DNA of 62,067 bases, the filler included, from Perkinsus olseni (taxonomy: Eukaryota), in the NCBI GenBank assembly GCA_013115125.1. It is 8 parts of 8 records of this genome, joined end to end, with 100 filler letters (N's around TTAATTAATTAA, not from the genome) between each part and the next. Parts side by side here need not be neighbours in the genome. Positions count along the whole stretch, not along the records: positions 1 to 7,715 come from JABANN010001008.1; positions 7,816 to 15,525 come from JABANN010001009.1; 6 more parts are not named here. The stretch is one strand, 5' to 3'. Each line of letters begins with the position of its first letter. The first letter of the stretch is position 1. The translations under genes were made by a program, and so were the position numbers. The notes under the pieces are model-generated. The model ran no database searches. It had not been told where the DNA came from and was given only the letters and a program-made list of their open reading frames with translations. Below are positions 1 through 12,649 of the stretch, piece by piece.

Positions 1-980
1 GGAGTAAACTTCGAGGGGGAAAGACGAAGAACTGTGCGAAGGAGGCGTCACAGACGAGAGCTTTGAACTCTTTTAACATCTGAAAAACCGAATGAGTGCC
101 AGAAACCCGTTTACAACAGACTTTTCCTGTGCGCTACATCTGCCTGTGATATACTACGGCAGACAAGCTAGTAGCTACTGAAGCTAGTAGCTGTCCTTTT
201 GTCTACGAATACTGTCCCCGATTCTAATAGTCCTAGGTTGCCTTCCATCGGAGTGTAGACTCCAGTAGCTCGCATACGAGCGGGCCTCTCTCATGTTACG
301 ACTACGCTTGCGTGGGGATACGCTGCGAGATGTCAATCAGGCTCTCGATCAGATCTCCGAAGTTTACGGATCCATCCCGCGGTTCGCCATACGAACACCA
401 CCAACAATGGTTCCGATTACTTCAGATAATATCAAGAGGTGAACACAAAGGGGTGCAGATGCGGCTTAGAAAAACCTCAACCAACGAAATAAAAACTAGC
501 ATAGCGGTCTCGCCTGCATCGACCATCTAAGCCAAGCCGAGCCTGGGTCATCATCATAGGAGCTGATCAAAGCGTCGCACTGGAGGCCCAAACCGATGAG
601 AATCTTCTCCGAATTTCCTAGCTCATCCAGCTACCTCTGTGATTGAACGCACAGCGTCAACTTGATCGAAGTATCCACGGGTGACATTGTGGATGGCGCA
701 ATGGCAGACACCACGATGGTGAGAAGTTCGATTGTGGAAAAGTGGTAAAAATGCTACATCGTCGTCTTATTCCCTCGTGATCTGCGACATAAGAGCGTCT
801 GTGCCGAGTCCGTTGGAGTGTTCGATGTCCAACCGCCTACGAGCACACCACACGCTTTCTGCAACCTACAGTCCACTGGTAACGAAGAGCTACTCGGGCA
901 AGCTTCCTTATCTGCTGCAGGGAGCTTTCAGAATTTCTGAAAAATTCGGGTCTGAATCAGAAAGTATTTTCTTCATGAGA

Positions 981-1740
981 TCAACATCGTAATACACCTG
1001 ATACAGTGATAACACCGATTTGCGTACCTCCAGCGCTGGGCTCTGACATCAGAACTAAATCACCGGTAGATTTGAAAGTTGACCATGCCGCGGGGTGCTT
1101 TTCGCTGTAGAATACACTCTCACCACTAGGGCCGATAATGTTCACACAGGCGGCAGCTTTCCTGGGCAGGTATTCATATGGCAACTGCTTAGCCGGCGAA
1201 CATTCAGATTCTCCCAAGGCGGAGAGCCTCATACCGTGGGACAGGTCGATCCATTCTACAGCGAGTCCTAGACGCAGCAGACGCTGACCAATACAAGGCT
1301 GGGAAATTCCAGAGTAACCGCACAAGACCGCCACCTGGCACACGAGCATGAAGTCTCCTTCTCGTGGAGGGCATACGGCTAGCGGCGCCTTCTCACGACC
1401 AGACAGTATCAGGCCGGTTCCGCTATCATCACAGTATTTGGCTATTGTGGGAAGTTCAGCTTCGTTGCTGATGACTACTTCACCGAACAGGATTCCGTCA
1501 TTTTTCTTTATGCAGCAATGAATCATCCAGTGAGTCGCAACCGACTTCATCATGGTGTACCGCGAAGCCGCGCACGGAACTCCCTTCAGGGCCGATTTCA
1601 GAGAGAGCCTGCCGTATGTCTACTAAGGCCACTGCAGCAGGCCTTCTATGGTCAACGATTGACCTTCGAGAAGGTACGACTGCCTGGGAATTTCGTCCAT
1701 ATGAGAACATACAATGAAACGCTCGCAGAGCGCCCGGGTT
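981..1740 (-). pseudogene. Hypothetical protein, probably frameshifted (ORFs 1498-1710 and 981-1553 overlap)
   Basis: 190-aa ORF with protein-like composition overlapping an upstream ORF in another frame; an inverted-repeat element lies just upstream. No recognisable motif. Confidence 0.3.
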
Positions 1741-1762
1741 GCCCGCTGAGATGAACGTTGGG

Positions 1763-2107
1763 GAGAGCAGCGAGAGTGGGCCTTAGGCAGGGCTGGCTAG
1801 CAGCACCGCCAGAGGTCCCCCACGTGCGGCGGTGATTGTTGAGTGTTGAGAGGCGGGCGGTGTTGTAGCTATCAGCACTTCGACGAAGGGCGATACGATG
1901 TAGCGAGCCGCGACCCAACCTCGTCCCCGGACGAGCGCGCCTCTCTGGGCGCGCGTGCCAAACCGTAGCTATGGCCAAAGGCCGCACGGGGGCTCCCTAC
2001 GTCGGAAAGCCTCTCATAAGCTCAACCCACCCCGTACCCCTGAGCCCCGGGGGACCTCTGGCGGTGCTGCTAGCCAGCCCTGCCTAAGGCCCACTCTCGC
2101 TGCTCTC
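1763..2107. mobile_element. 345-bp MITE-like element with perfect 59-bp terminal inverted repeats
   Basis: 1763-1821 (GAGAGCAGCGAGAGTGGGCC...GAGGTCCCCC) is the exact reverse complement of 2049-2107; GC-rich non-coding interior; no target-site duplication (TSD) found. Confidence 0.65.
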
Positions 2108-4749
2108 AAATGAGACCTCCCACGGAAACAAGTCTGAGAACCGAAAGGTGGCCGAAAGCATTTTCGCTGATGCCAGAGATGCCAACTAGCTTCACTCCTC
2201 ACCATAGCAGCATTAAGTCGATTCATAAGTAGTGTCACCGTAATATTCACTGTCAACACGACGGAGAGACGTAAAAAGGGTTTTTTTCTCATATACAAGG
2301 CTCATAAATCTCAAAGGTTCATCTGAAAACGCAAATGTATCTCCAGAAAATCAGCATGTCATCCACAGGGGCGACTCACTCCGAGCAAGAGGATTCATCG
2401 ACCTCTGGAATGGAGCGTAAGGCTGTCACTAAACGGCCACTACGAAGGATGGCATTTTCCTGCTCCAGACGATCGATGAAGATCTGGGCTTCGATTTCCG
2501 AATTGAACCATTTGTCTAAACGACGTGTAGTCGCCACTCTCGAATTGTGTCTGGCACAGGATAAGAGAATAACCGCGAAAAAGCCCCTTCACCAGATGGT
2601 TACCACTCACGGACGTGTGAAGAGAATATGCCTCCTAAACCGGGGAGTGGGCCACAGACCTGGGAAGATTGAATCAGTGATACGGAGGATATCTTAGGGG
2701 ACCCTTACCCTTTACTCTGCACAAGTCGGTTATGAACGCGTCAGCGACCACGTCGGTGGGGTCATCAGTTAATGGCATGTGTTGCACTGCACGCTGACCT
2801 GGAGTACACCCGCAGAGGTTCAACGAGGGCTTTACTGTTAGCATTACCTAGATGCCGGACGGCCCAAGAGCGTCTTTCTTTGAAATCCCGCTTTGATCGG
2901 ATACTGCGTGATATGCATGGGGCAACCTTATAGTGATACTGTAAGTCTTATGGCATTCGTTAATAATACCAAAACCCGATCTAGAGATGACAAGTACTTT
3001 ACACCTTCGACAGCATCTGGGAAGAGTGGCATAGAAGCGATAAACCTACAGAAAGCCAACTATCGACCAAATTGCGATCTCTACAGTCTTTGAGTTACCC
3101 GCGTTGCCTGCTCCTCTCGGTCACGAAATTGGCGATATCAGGGTCGATGGCTTTCAACTGAGGTAGACTGCGACTGCAGGAGTATCCGCGGAATCCTCGG
3201 TGTCATCACCGTTCTCACACACCCCTCGATCGAATGACTCGTGAGGTTGGCAGGCGAATGCCCAAAACCTGGATACAAGAAAATTCGCGATTTTTGACGT
3301 CCTTCAACTCAAAAGGAAGCCACTATTACGCTCCACGAAAAGTCGATCTATGCCTTCTCTGAAATCTATAAGCAGGCGGTCCAGGTCGACGATGATGAAG
3401 TAGATTTCGATGACAAAGGACACAAAATGAACTGATGAGCCCGCATGTAAAGAGGGCCTTATGAAAACGCTTCATGTCCCTAAGAGAGTGTCACGTCACA
3501 TTTTGCCCTAGTCTTCACAAGCCAACATAGGTCAGTGATCAGAAAGAGTTGTTTGTCAGGCGTCGTTTGCCCCGCACACCGTGTGAGTAAACTGAGCGGA
3601 CGCTTATGCGGATACTGCGGGAGATCCAGTTTTGGATTTTCTCATTAGAGTCTCGCGATCCTGTTTTCAGATTCGCTCAAGCGACGAGGACCCTGCACGC
3701 CCGCCAAACGCACCTCGTTTTATATCTATTTTGTATCCTGTACAAGTGTTCAACACATATTACGTTTGTTCACCTTCGCGCAACTATGTTACGGCGGCAG
3801 TCCTTCGTGTCCGGCCACACTTAATGCATGATAATTATTTTAGATCACGAGTACACGTAATAAACCTGCAAAAGTGGATCCCATAGTGACACCCCACTGG
3901 GGAGGCTTCAGTGCCATCTACGGAGGTTTCGCTCCACAACATCGTCTCGCTCACATGCTGTCAGTGACATTATCAACGCACTGATCTCTTCTGAAAAGCC
4001 TTTTTATATGTTACTTTCGTCACTTTACTGTATCTAAGTCACAGTTTAGAATCTAGAGAATATGGATGATCTAGACTTTAGATCATCAACTGTTGAGCTG
4101 TTGTTTGACTTTCGGTAGCGCTGGGCGAGCCGGCTTGTTCAGAGCTTGACTTGCAAATGAAGCAAATCGAAATGGAAATATGTGCGGAACAGAAGCGGAA
4201 AACAATCGAACACGCAATCGAAATGGAAATATGTGAAAAAAAGTGACCATTCGTAGAATTGATCGAGAAATACATGCCCAGGGCTACTTGCCACTGGCGC
4301 AGGATGAGAAGCTGAACACGTTGTGTTCAACCTAAATACGCCTCGCTACACCTCGGCGAACAGTACTGCCGTTATAATACTTTGGCTTTAGCCTTTCCTT
4401 CTGCGGGATCACTGACGTGTCTGAAAACCTGTGTTCCGATGCTATCGCAGGCACGGGTGAGATTACACAGGAGAGCCTTCCAACAGCCTCCTTCATTCGA
4501 GAACGCGATTATGGGGAGATGTATCTATCGGATGAACTAGATCGGACTGGGAGAACCCTCAGCGTCAGAAACTCAGTATAGTCATCAACTCTTTTATCAG
4601 CAGTCTCATGTGGAACGCGCGACTACATCGCAACCAATTGGGTATCGCCCACATCTCCCATGCTCTCGAACCAGAAGTCGGACCACTTGTGAGGTTTTGC
4701 AACGCAACAGACTGGCACTGTTGCAGTAGAGGCTTTGAATTGTGCTGCT

Positions 4750-6900
4750 CATACATCCACTGCCATCTGGCGCTCAACATGACGAACGAGTTTCTCAATG
4801 GAGAGACAACCAGGTATGCCGTCCTATAGGATGAGTAATCAGCGAACAGTTGTAGCGAATGCAGTGGAATCTCACTCGGGAAATGTTGCGCATAAGTCGG
4901 TTCACAAGGGAATGTGCAGCACGCGTAGAAACGTTCCCTCGGGCTGAGGTTGGAACTCGATAGCGCTTGGGAGCTCAGTCATTGTTGCTACCCTTTTCTC
5001 CTATGCCGATGGCTTGATGGTAATGGTCGATCGCCTGAGAAGGTCTCCCTTGTTTGCTTAGGACAAAAGCGAGCATCTGGTGGGATTCCATAGCCTCGGC
5101 ACCTGAGACACGCCATAGTAAGCGCATAGCGTGTTACCTTGGCAACTAATCGGTTACAGTTGCCGTTCGGTGCCGCTTTCAAAGCTTTCTGGCATGCCTC
5201 GGCAGCTTCCTCCAACTGCCCATCCTGGCACAGCGAGAAGGCCAAGTTGTTCTGATACCTGGCGAAATTCTTGGTCTGAGCCGCCGCAACACGCCCATGT
5301 TTTCGGGAGTTCTCCAAGTCGATCGCCCTGAAAGTAGCCACACCATCGAACGCCTATTGGCTGAGCCGTTCGGAAGTACTCAATAAAACTTTTGATGGCT
5401 TGTTCATGATCTCCAGATTTGGAGTGGTAGATCCCAATTTGGTTTCGTACTTCGGAATCAGTCTGATTCAGGTCCTTCGCTCGCTCGAGGTACCTGACTC
5501 ACAGCTCCGAGACCGACCCAGCCGTACACGCTTCGATTGCTCTGTTTAATTTTAGCCTCAGACCTGACGCTTACGTGAGCGCTGTAGCGTGCTCCAAGTG
5601 GACCCCTTGTCCTGAATAGCTCTCAGCATGACCAACTCGAAGGTGTTCCATCCCGATGAGCAACCATGGCATATGCCATCTGAGCTCGCAGCTACCACCA
5701 GATGGCAGAGGGAGGTTCCTCCCCTTTACTCAGGGCAGTGTTTTGTGGCCGATCGGTAAGCCTGTATAGCACGCTCAGTTTCATCATTGGCAGCGAACGA
5801 TCGCCCGAGGGCTATCCATGCCGGCCCGAAGTGTGGGCATACCTGACCACAGGTCTCCCGATGGGGGTATATGAGTGACGGCAGAAACCTCCTATGCTGA
5901 GCCATAGGAGTCCCCCGCACCTCTAGGGCACGCGCGAGATAGCGCCGTGAACTCTCCCTGTGAACGTGGGCGAAGTTGCCATCTGTGAAAAAAGGAAGCT
6001 CCTCTTTCTACAGCCTCGCACGCTCGGCACGAACGTGCTAATTCGGGCGGACTTACCGGCCATATAAGCTGCGCATTGGTGATATATGCCTGCAGCATAC
6101 CAGGGCTCGGGTCTATCAGCAAGTTGAGGGAGGCCAGCACTCCTCTCCAGAAGTTTATCAGCGTAGAGAAAGATTTCATCCGCTGCATCAGTTGTCGTGA
6201 AAGTTGCAAGCATGTCTACATACCTATTGAACACCTTCAAGTAACGCGTCTTCGACAACCGCTGGTCCCGATGTACCGCACCGCGGTAGAGCCGGCAACC
6301 ACATTAGTAAAGTTTGGCAGTTTGTAATAAGGAATCGAGGGAAATGTGACATTACCCTCGATTCTTGTAACTACTAGGCCCAAGTTCTGATATAAGTTCG
6401 GAAAAACTATCATTCGTCGAATACTATAAAAACTGCGACGGAACCGAGCGCTATTGCTCACATTGGGATGATGTCCAAGCACTCTGGCACTTTTGCTGTG
6501 GTGTCTCTGGAGACCTCCAGTGCCCTTCGCAGATCGGTATTGGTGACGGCACATTCTCTGACCTATGGAATGAGTCATTCCGAATGACTACCAGCCTATA
6601 TTTCCCAGACGTCTTTGTTGATCTCACCCAGAGGCATCTCAAATAGACCGAATGACTGGTTGGAGAAGGACTTAGGCGTGACAGGTAACTCTGCTGCGAA
6701 CCTGGGCGCCTTGGGCCGGCACTGCCAGGCTACACAGGAACAACAGCCGAGAATGAGCCGCATTGTCCAACGGCACGTACGCACGCGTACCAGCTCGCCG
6801 GCGCCCTCCCCAACCTACGCGAAGTGACTGTGTGGACGAAGCCTTGCTATCTGAGAGCTTTGACTGCGTTGAGCGATTGGTCGTATCACCAGCCTCTGGG
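4750..6900 (-). CDS. CDC16: Anaphase-promoting complex subunit 6 (Cdc16/Cut9)-like TPR protein, multi-exon; boundaries approximate
   Basis: Ordered exon peptides match APC6: IFLYADKLL...PEPWYAAGIY; HFGPAWIALGRSFAANDETERAIQAYRSA; HMPWLLIGMEHLR; YQNNLAFSLCQDGQLEEAAEACQKAL; HQMLAFVLSKQGRPSQAIDHYHQAI. Confidence 0.8.
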
Positions 6901-7715
6901 GCTACCGAGCCACAAGCGGCTTGTATGAATCTGAGATTCCGGATCTACGATATCGAGAACTGAATTACGCCACTGGACGAGTGCGTGTGTTTCTCTCCAG
7001 AATCGGTCTCTATATCATTCATTTCACACGTTTTGATCGGACTGATCTTCGCAATGGGCCTAGCAGAGAATTATTGCTGGTTCAGCCAGAAGCTGAGTTA
7101 TCATCTGGGCTCCTGTGGTGATGTGCTTATTGGGTTCCACAGGGACTTCCGTGTGCGTCAGGGCCAGTAATGGAGACAATATCAAATCAACTCTTATGAA
7201 TGATATGAAGTAAGCTTTCCTCCGGATAGCGTCAGGGCGTCAACAAGATGATCAGTCCATCAAGATACGCCGTCACTCGAACCTCGTCAGCGAAGATGTT
7301 GTGGCAAGGACCCCTTCCGGAGGAGACAGCGCTGACACAAACCTTGATGTCGTCTGTCCTTGCTTTTGTGTTCCTCCGAAATCGACCGATCACCCTCTCA
7401 TCCACGGGAGGCTATCACAACCCGCCAAACGCATCGCGGAAGCCATTCGTACAGGGACTCGGGCTTCAAACGGCTCGAGTATGTATGGGGTCTCTAGGCG
7501 GATGACATTCCTACACACAGAGGGGACAGCCAGGCGTCCCCGACACAAAGCCTCCAGCTGCGCTATAGCTCAGGGCCATGACTAGCTGTGGTTGTTGACA
7601 TTCACGTAATCTGGTCATGGTAATATTAGTTGTAGAGGTATGAAGTTATCTAAGGCAGAAGCGAATGATCTTTCTTCCTAGATATTTGACCTCTGTTCAA
7701 CAAAGTTTAACAAAA

Positions 7716-7815
7716 NNNNNNNNNNNNNNNNNNNNNNNNNNNNNNNNNNNNNNNNNNNNTTAATTAATTAANNNNNNNNNNNNNNNNNNNNNNNNNNNNN
7801 NNNNNNNNNNNNNNN
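7716..7815. other. Artificial contig linker (N44-TTAATTAATTAA-N44); identical linkers at 15526-15625, 23316-23415, 31094-31193, 38857-38956, 46601-46700, 54335-54434
   Basis: Seven identical 100-bp spacers with stops in all six frames; the segments between them decrease monotonically in length. Confidence 0.98.
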
Positions 7816-8450
7816 TAGTAGAAGCTGGACGTGTTTCCGTTTAAGGACGGCTCGGTTTACACTTGTTTCCGTTGAAGGTGGAGGTACGTGTTCTTAGGAG
7901 ACTGCATTTTTTAAGTAAGGTCCGCCAGTAAGTGATCGCCACTACGCAGCTCGCCCGAAACTACTGGTCCCTTACACGGCACCGCCTCATTGTTTGAGGT
8001 GAAGGTCGCCCGGACCTCGGGCCCCGGAGGGAGACCTGAGTTTGAGAGTTCATTGGGGAACACATTCCGAGACTTTCAGGGACGAGATCCCCTGAGCCGA
8101 GTCCGGTATCAAGCTTCTATAACTCTAAAATAAGGTGGTTTAGCTCCCCCCCATCGCTGCCGGGTTACCGTGTGGCGGGCGACGTCGGATATCATGGGTG
8201 ACCCGGTCACCCATCCTGCTGCTCCAGCATCCTGGTGCTGGAGTCCAGCACCGGAGGATGAGCGGTGGAGGGAGCGGCGCCGCACCGCTGATTATGGGCA
8301 ATCTTGGGGCTGTTGAGAAGGGGGACTCCCCGTTCATGCTACCAACTAATGCGTAACATTGATGAGTGAATCACGCATAAAGAACCGCGGGGTCTTGTGA
8401 GGGACTGTTCGTTCGACAGGATTGAGTAAATCCGATTAACCTTTCTCACC

Positions 8451-9242
8451 ATGCTCATCACCAGGCTTCTACAGTCAATTGTTTTCGGTGCTGCCCTGAG
8501 CTTCCCCTCGAAGTTTTATTGCCATTTCTACGAGTATCTTCAGGCAGTGTGTCTTCAAACCAAAACTAGGAAGGGCCTTCTCGCTATATCCCTTCATGAA
8601 GTTTATGCCAGAAGTGACCGACCTCACGAACCAGTCTATGAAAGTGCAACTTGGCGCATATCGGCCAGGCATAGAATCCGAGAGGGAGTGTGGTCTCTGC
8701 CTACTGATATATCTTTACCTTGGCCAATAGATCGAAGCAACGTCCGTTACACGAAGGTTGATAGCATTGATGGTGAAGCTGGATACTACGACGTCAATTT
8801 TACAATGAACTCTGCACCGCGAAGATTCGCCAAACTGATTCCTGTTTGGCCAAATGAGCTCTCGCAAGATGGCCGAGGACAGCCGCAGAGATTCGTCTTC
8901 ACGGCGGGTCCTCCGTTTCCTGTTGAATGTGTGGTCACTGCTATGGGAGGAAGATCCTCCACTCGAAAGCATATGTCCGCGGTCGTTGTAACCTCCGATG
9001 GGGAGCTTTCTTTCATAGATGTCGGCGACCCATGTGCCGAGAGGAAGACCCTAGAGGCCCTAGACCCGATCCACGGTTATTTCTACACAGCCAAAGCCTT
9101 CATCTTCCTATTGCCGACACTACTGCGGCAATACGGTATCATGTTTCGTTACAGGGGCGAAACTCACATTCTATTCCGGAGAGACGAAGTTGAGCTCCGA
9201 GGACATCATATGCTGCCCCCCCGTAGTCCGCAACTAGGGTGA
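8451..9242 (+). CDS. Hypothetical 263-aa protein with probable signal peptide
   Basis: ATG-started intronless ORF with hydrophobic N-terminus MLITRLLQSIVFGAALS; no known motif recognised. Confidence 0.55.
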   Translation: MLITRLLQSIVFGAALSFPSKFYCHFYEYLQAVCLQTKTRKGLLAISLHEVYARSDRPHEPVYESATWRISARHRIREGVWSLPTDISLPWPIDRSNVRYTKVDSIDGEAGYYDVNFTMNSAPRRFAKLIPVWPNELSQDGRGQPQRFVFTAGPPFPVECVVTAMGGRSSTRKHMSAVVVTSDGELSFIDVGDPCAERKTLEALDPIHGYFYTAKAFIFLLPTLLRQYGIMFRYRGETHILFRRDEVELRGHHMLPPRSPQLG

Positions 9243-9374
9243 GTTAGTGACTGTTAGTGACTGGGTACGATATGTTTCTAGATACCCTGGAATATTGCCA
9301 ACTGCCGCTACTTTCCGTCCCATCGCAGTGTAAGATGATACTGACTTTTCCGCTGAGTATCGCCGGCCTCTATG

Positions 9375-9421
9375 TGACATAGACTATGTCATCTCAGCCT
9401 GAGATGCCTGAGATTCTCAGG
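9375..9421. repeat. Three chained perfect palindromes with 1-nt centres
   Basis: TGACATAG-A-CTATGTCA (9375-9391), CATCTCAG-C-CTGAGATG (9390-9406), CCTGAGA-T-TCTCAGG (9407-9421). Confidence 0.9.
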
Positions 9422-11874
9422 GCCTTACCGAGCTATGAGCTATCGGGAGAGCCTCCGCCTAGTTACGAAGAAGCTACAAGAGAAAGGCCTGAAGAATCTC
9501 CTCCTCCTTATACTGAGAGCTAGTTGATACCTCGTGACGACAACAGAAGAGGTGGGCTGGCTTCACACTGCGTAGTCAGAGACTGTACCATTCGCGCGCT
9601 CAAGGATATCACATTAGCGGCAGGGTTGCTGAGATTAGTCGCGCAGCATCGTGAAATATTTCGAGTGGAATAATTCAGAAATTTGCTGAACTTTTCAGAA
9701 ATCTATGAAATTTTTCTCAAAAGTTCATTTGAGCGATTCTTAGCCGGTTTTATTTCGCTGTCGACTCATGTGACCTCTCAGGCTTGTGGATGGTATCCTC
9801 TGGATACTGCCCGCGAGTATGGCCGGTAGAGCATTCCGAGCTCGTACTGTTGTCAGTGCTCTCTAGGTGGAAAAGCACCGGGGCGGGGCGCGCGCCGCGT
9901 ACAATGGGTGGTACCCATTGCACGCGCCCATTGGGTGCTACGTGCAGTTTAAGTGAATGATACACATCGTGTGTCGAGGGAAAATCCTAGTCAGTCCGCT
10001 TCAGGAGACAGCTGTGTGCTTGCGTGCAGGAGAGTGGGCGTCACCGCCGAGGCGTTCAGTGACGAGTCGGTGTCGGACAGTCTGTTGTCGGGTGCGATGT
10101 AGATTTTCCAGGCAGAAATGCCTTCTCCCCGGCTGATCGGTTCGCGACACGAGCTCTCTTCCCAATGTAAAGCGAGTTCGCGGACGGTAAACCGGGATTT
10201 TACCGTGAAGCACGCCAGTTGTGCGCTCACTCGCTGAATAAACATACGATTTAGAAGTTCTGGATGGTATAGTTCGACTCCGAGTCGACGGCTCGGCTAA
10301 GCCAAACACTCCTCGCCATCAACAGTACGATTGTTGCGGTGATTTAGAAAGCTCGCTCGAGTGCACACGAGATCCTTACTCCGGTGTATCTCCTTCTTCG
10401 AAAACTCATACGACCAATTTTAAATATTCACTTCGTTTGCCTTTAGGAGAGGTCGGTTTGTCAGATTCAAAACTGCGATACGAACCTTGACTGCTCCCTT
10501 CCGCGCAGAGCTCAAGGTTTTCTGGCATATCATGTTTTTACCAGTTAACTTGCAAACATGCACTCGTCCCTGTGGATCTTCTTTATCAACGGTTTTTCAT
10601 TCATATCGGTATTCCCATGTACACGTTAAGAAAGTACCTCATTTGTCTTGTTTAACGCAGTACTTACTTCATTGCCACGAAACTGGCGAGCGTTCCATCA
10701 CGCTTGGCCGAGCGCAGACACGGATGGTTAAGGGGAGTTTATCAAGAGTGTCTCGTCGTAGGAAATCAACTATAACTATCAGTCAGAGCCCCAGGAGCTC
10801 AGAGTCGCGTATTTGGTCTAATCTAGTACTCACCATCTAATCTTGGAGAGAGTTGTTAATCAAGTAACAACACGCAATTCCGGGGATTGCTTGCTTTTCT
10901 AGGTCCCGAGCAGAAGAATTGCTATTCTTGGGTGTTTCTCTTCAACGTCCTGTTTGGTTCTTGATCATCTACAGATCTTAAAGGCCCTTATAAATTATCT
11001 AGTGCACAGCTAAATACTCGTTAGAGACTCTCTTCTCAGCTGCTTGTGATACTCATTTCCTCAACGACGATCGTTCGAAAATCACGCACTCTTTCAGAGA
11101 CAACGCAAAACACGTCAGGGGATGAAGAAACGCAATTGTAGGACTTGAGAACCTCAGATCATGTAGATGATTGTGAATCACAACTTGTGATTCCACCCTA
11201 GGAGAAGTTATTCGTTTACTCTTGGAGTGTGCGCGTGAATCGCATGCTGAGTCCGCTACTGACCAGCAATCCGATGATGAAACCGACGTAGGTGATGACG
11301 TTATGTCCGACATCCCTCCCGCTCCATTCCGATTCTCGCTACCGCTGTCTATGCTCGAGGTGCACGCAATTTTTGTCAGTGACCGCTTCTGCATTAGCTG
11401 TGGCAAAACTCCACCAGCTATGAGATTCTGAGTCGACGGGCACCCTAGATTCTGCAACCGACCACTTATCTAACGAGCAAGTGCACATGCTGTTCTCGCA
11501 GATATCTGATTCTTCCGAATCAGCATTGGCTTCACTCCATATGCTCTGCTGCTGCTGCTGCTTCTGCGCTGAATTCTTCTTCTCGGGCCGAGAGCAAGGG
11601 TTCGAACGGTTCATTTCATGCCGGCTAGTCAGGGATATCTCGCTAATGATACTGTGGTGTTTACCCTTCTCCGAACTCGCTTCTGCTTCACTCCAACAGC
11701 TATTGACATCCACGTGAGGAGTTGATGGCGCCTTCCCCTTGCCTGGCGCAGGACGACCTAAGTAATGACAGTGATGTCGGCTTGAGAAGCAAGCACTTTC
11801 ATTGCCACGTTCAATAAGTTATTGACAATAACGTTGACTGTAGTACTTGCAGCTCTCGGCGACCGCAGTGTGTT

Positions 11875-11913
11875 CAAAACGTGTAGTCTCCCTGAGGGAG
11901 ACTACACGTTTTG
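11875..11913. repeat. Perfect 19+1+19 palindrome
   Basis: CAAAACGTGTAGTCTCCCT-G-AGGGAGACTACACGTTTTG. Confidence 0.95.
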
Positions 11914-12213
11914 GTGACAGTGTGCTCCTCTCGGCTCCGATTTCTCCCCAGTGCGCCGACGGTAGGGAAAATGAAGTATCTAGTACTGGGGTCTTCAGAG
12001 TCCAGCAGCTCCTCTACAAGCTCTGTCACATGTGGGCGTGGTCGGAACTCACTCGCCAGGCGAGTCTCGCCTCGCGGTTTCATCTTCACGCTACCAGCTA
12101 CTAGCGGAGCGACGCGACAATCCGTATCGGTATTCACCTTGAGTTAACAAGTTAACCTTGAATAGTACGCGGACGCCCAAATCGCGACGAGTAGACTCTA
12201 CTTGCACGTCTTC

Positions 12214-12252
12214 CTCGGGTGGAGACTCTACTCAGTAGAGTCTCCACCCGAG
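12214..12252. repeat. Perfect 19+1+19 palindrome
   Basis: CTCGGGTGGAGACTCTACT-C-AGTAGAGTCTCCACCCGAG. Confidence 0.95.
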
Positions 12253-12649
12253 ATAGACGCGCTGAGCAAAGTGTTCCGATGTTCGCTCTACGGCCCAGAG
12301 CAATGTTTCAAAAATGGCCGTCCGACGGGGAATAAATCAGTCCATCATGTCGAAGCATGATGCTTCTGATCAGCTTAACACTCCATCCTTGGCTGGGACT
12401 CGCAATAGGTTTCATTTCAGTGGTTCACGAGTCCTCAAGGATTGTACGAGGCGCAGTTGCAGTCGTAACTTGGAACTTTTAACGTAGAAGTTCTGAGAAA
12501 CCATGCTCTTCATCTTCAAAAGGATTTCATCCTGAAGACAGACACGGAGGCAGTCGGCGCCTGGAAACACGGGACGCTGGAGTCCCGCCGCGAGACAGGG
12601 TGGCCCATCCGAGAAGAATGATCCATTCTTCCCACTTTTGGGCCACCCT

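Noticed and set aside
560-800. Possible decayed hAT transposase C-terminus on the minus strand (...TIELLTIVVSAIAPST...)
   Set aside because: Needs a frameshift, lacks the ERxFS motif, and the similarity is too weak.
1962-1980. Spliced-leader relic (ACCGTAGCTATGGCCAAAG); also ACCGTAGCC near 59588 and TGGCTCAAG near 58322
   Set aside because: Only 8-9 nt match the Perkinsus/dinoflagellate SL and none directly precedes a recognisable ORF; compatible with chance.
7760-7771. Regularly spaced TTAATTAATTAA as a biological motif
   Set aside because: It is always centred in N-runs and is an all-frame stop linker.
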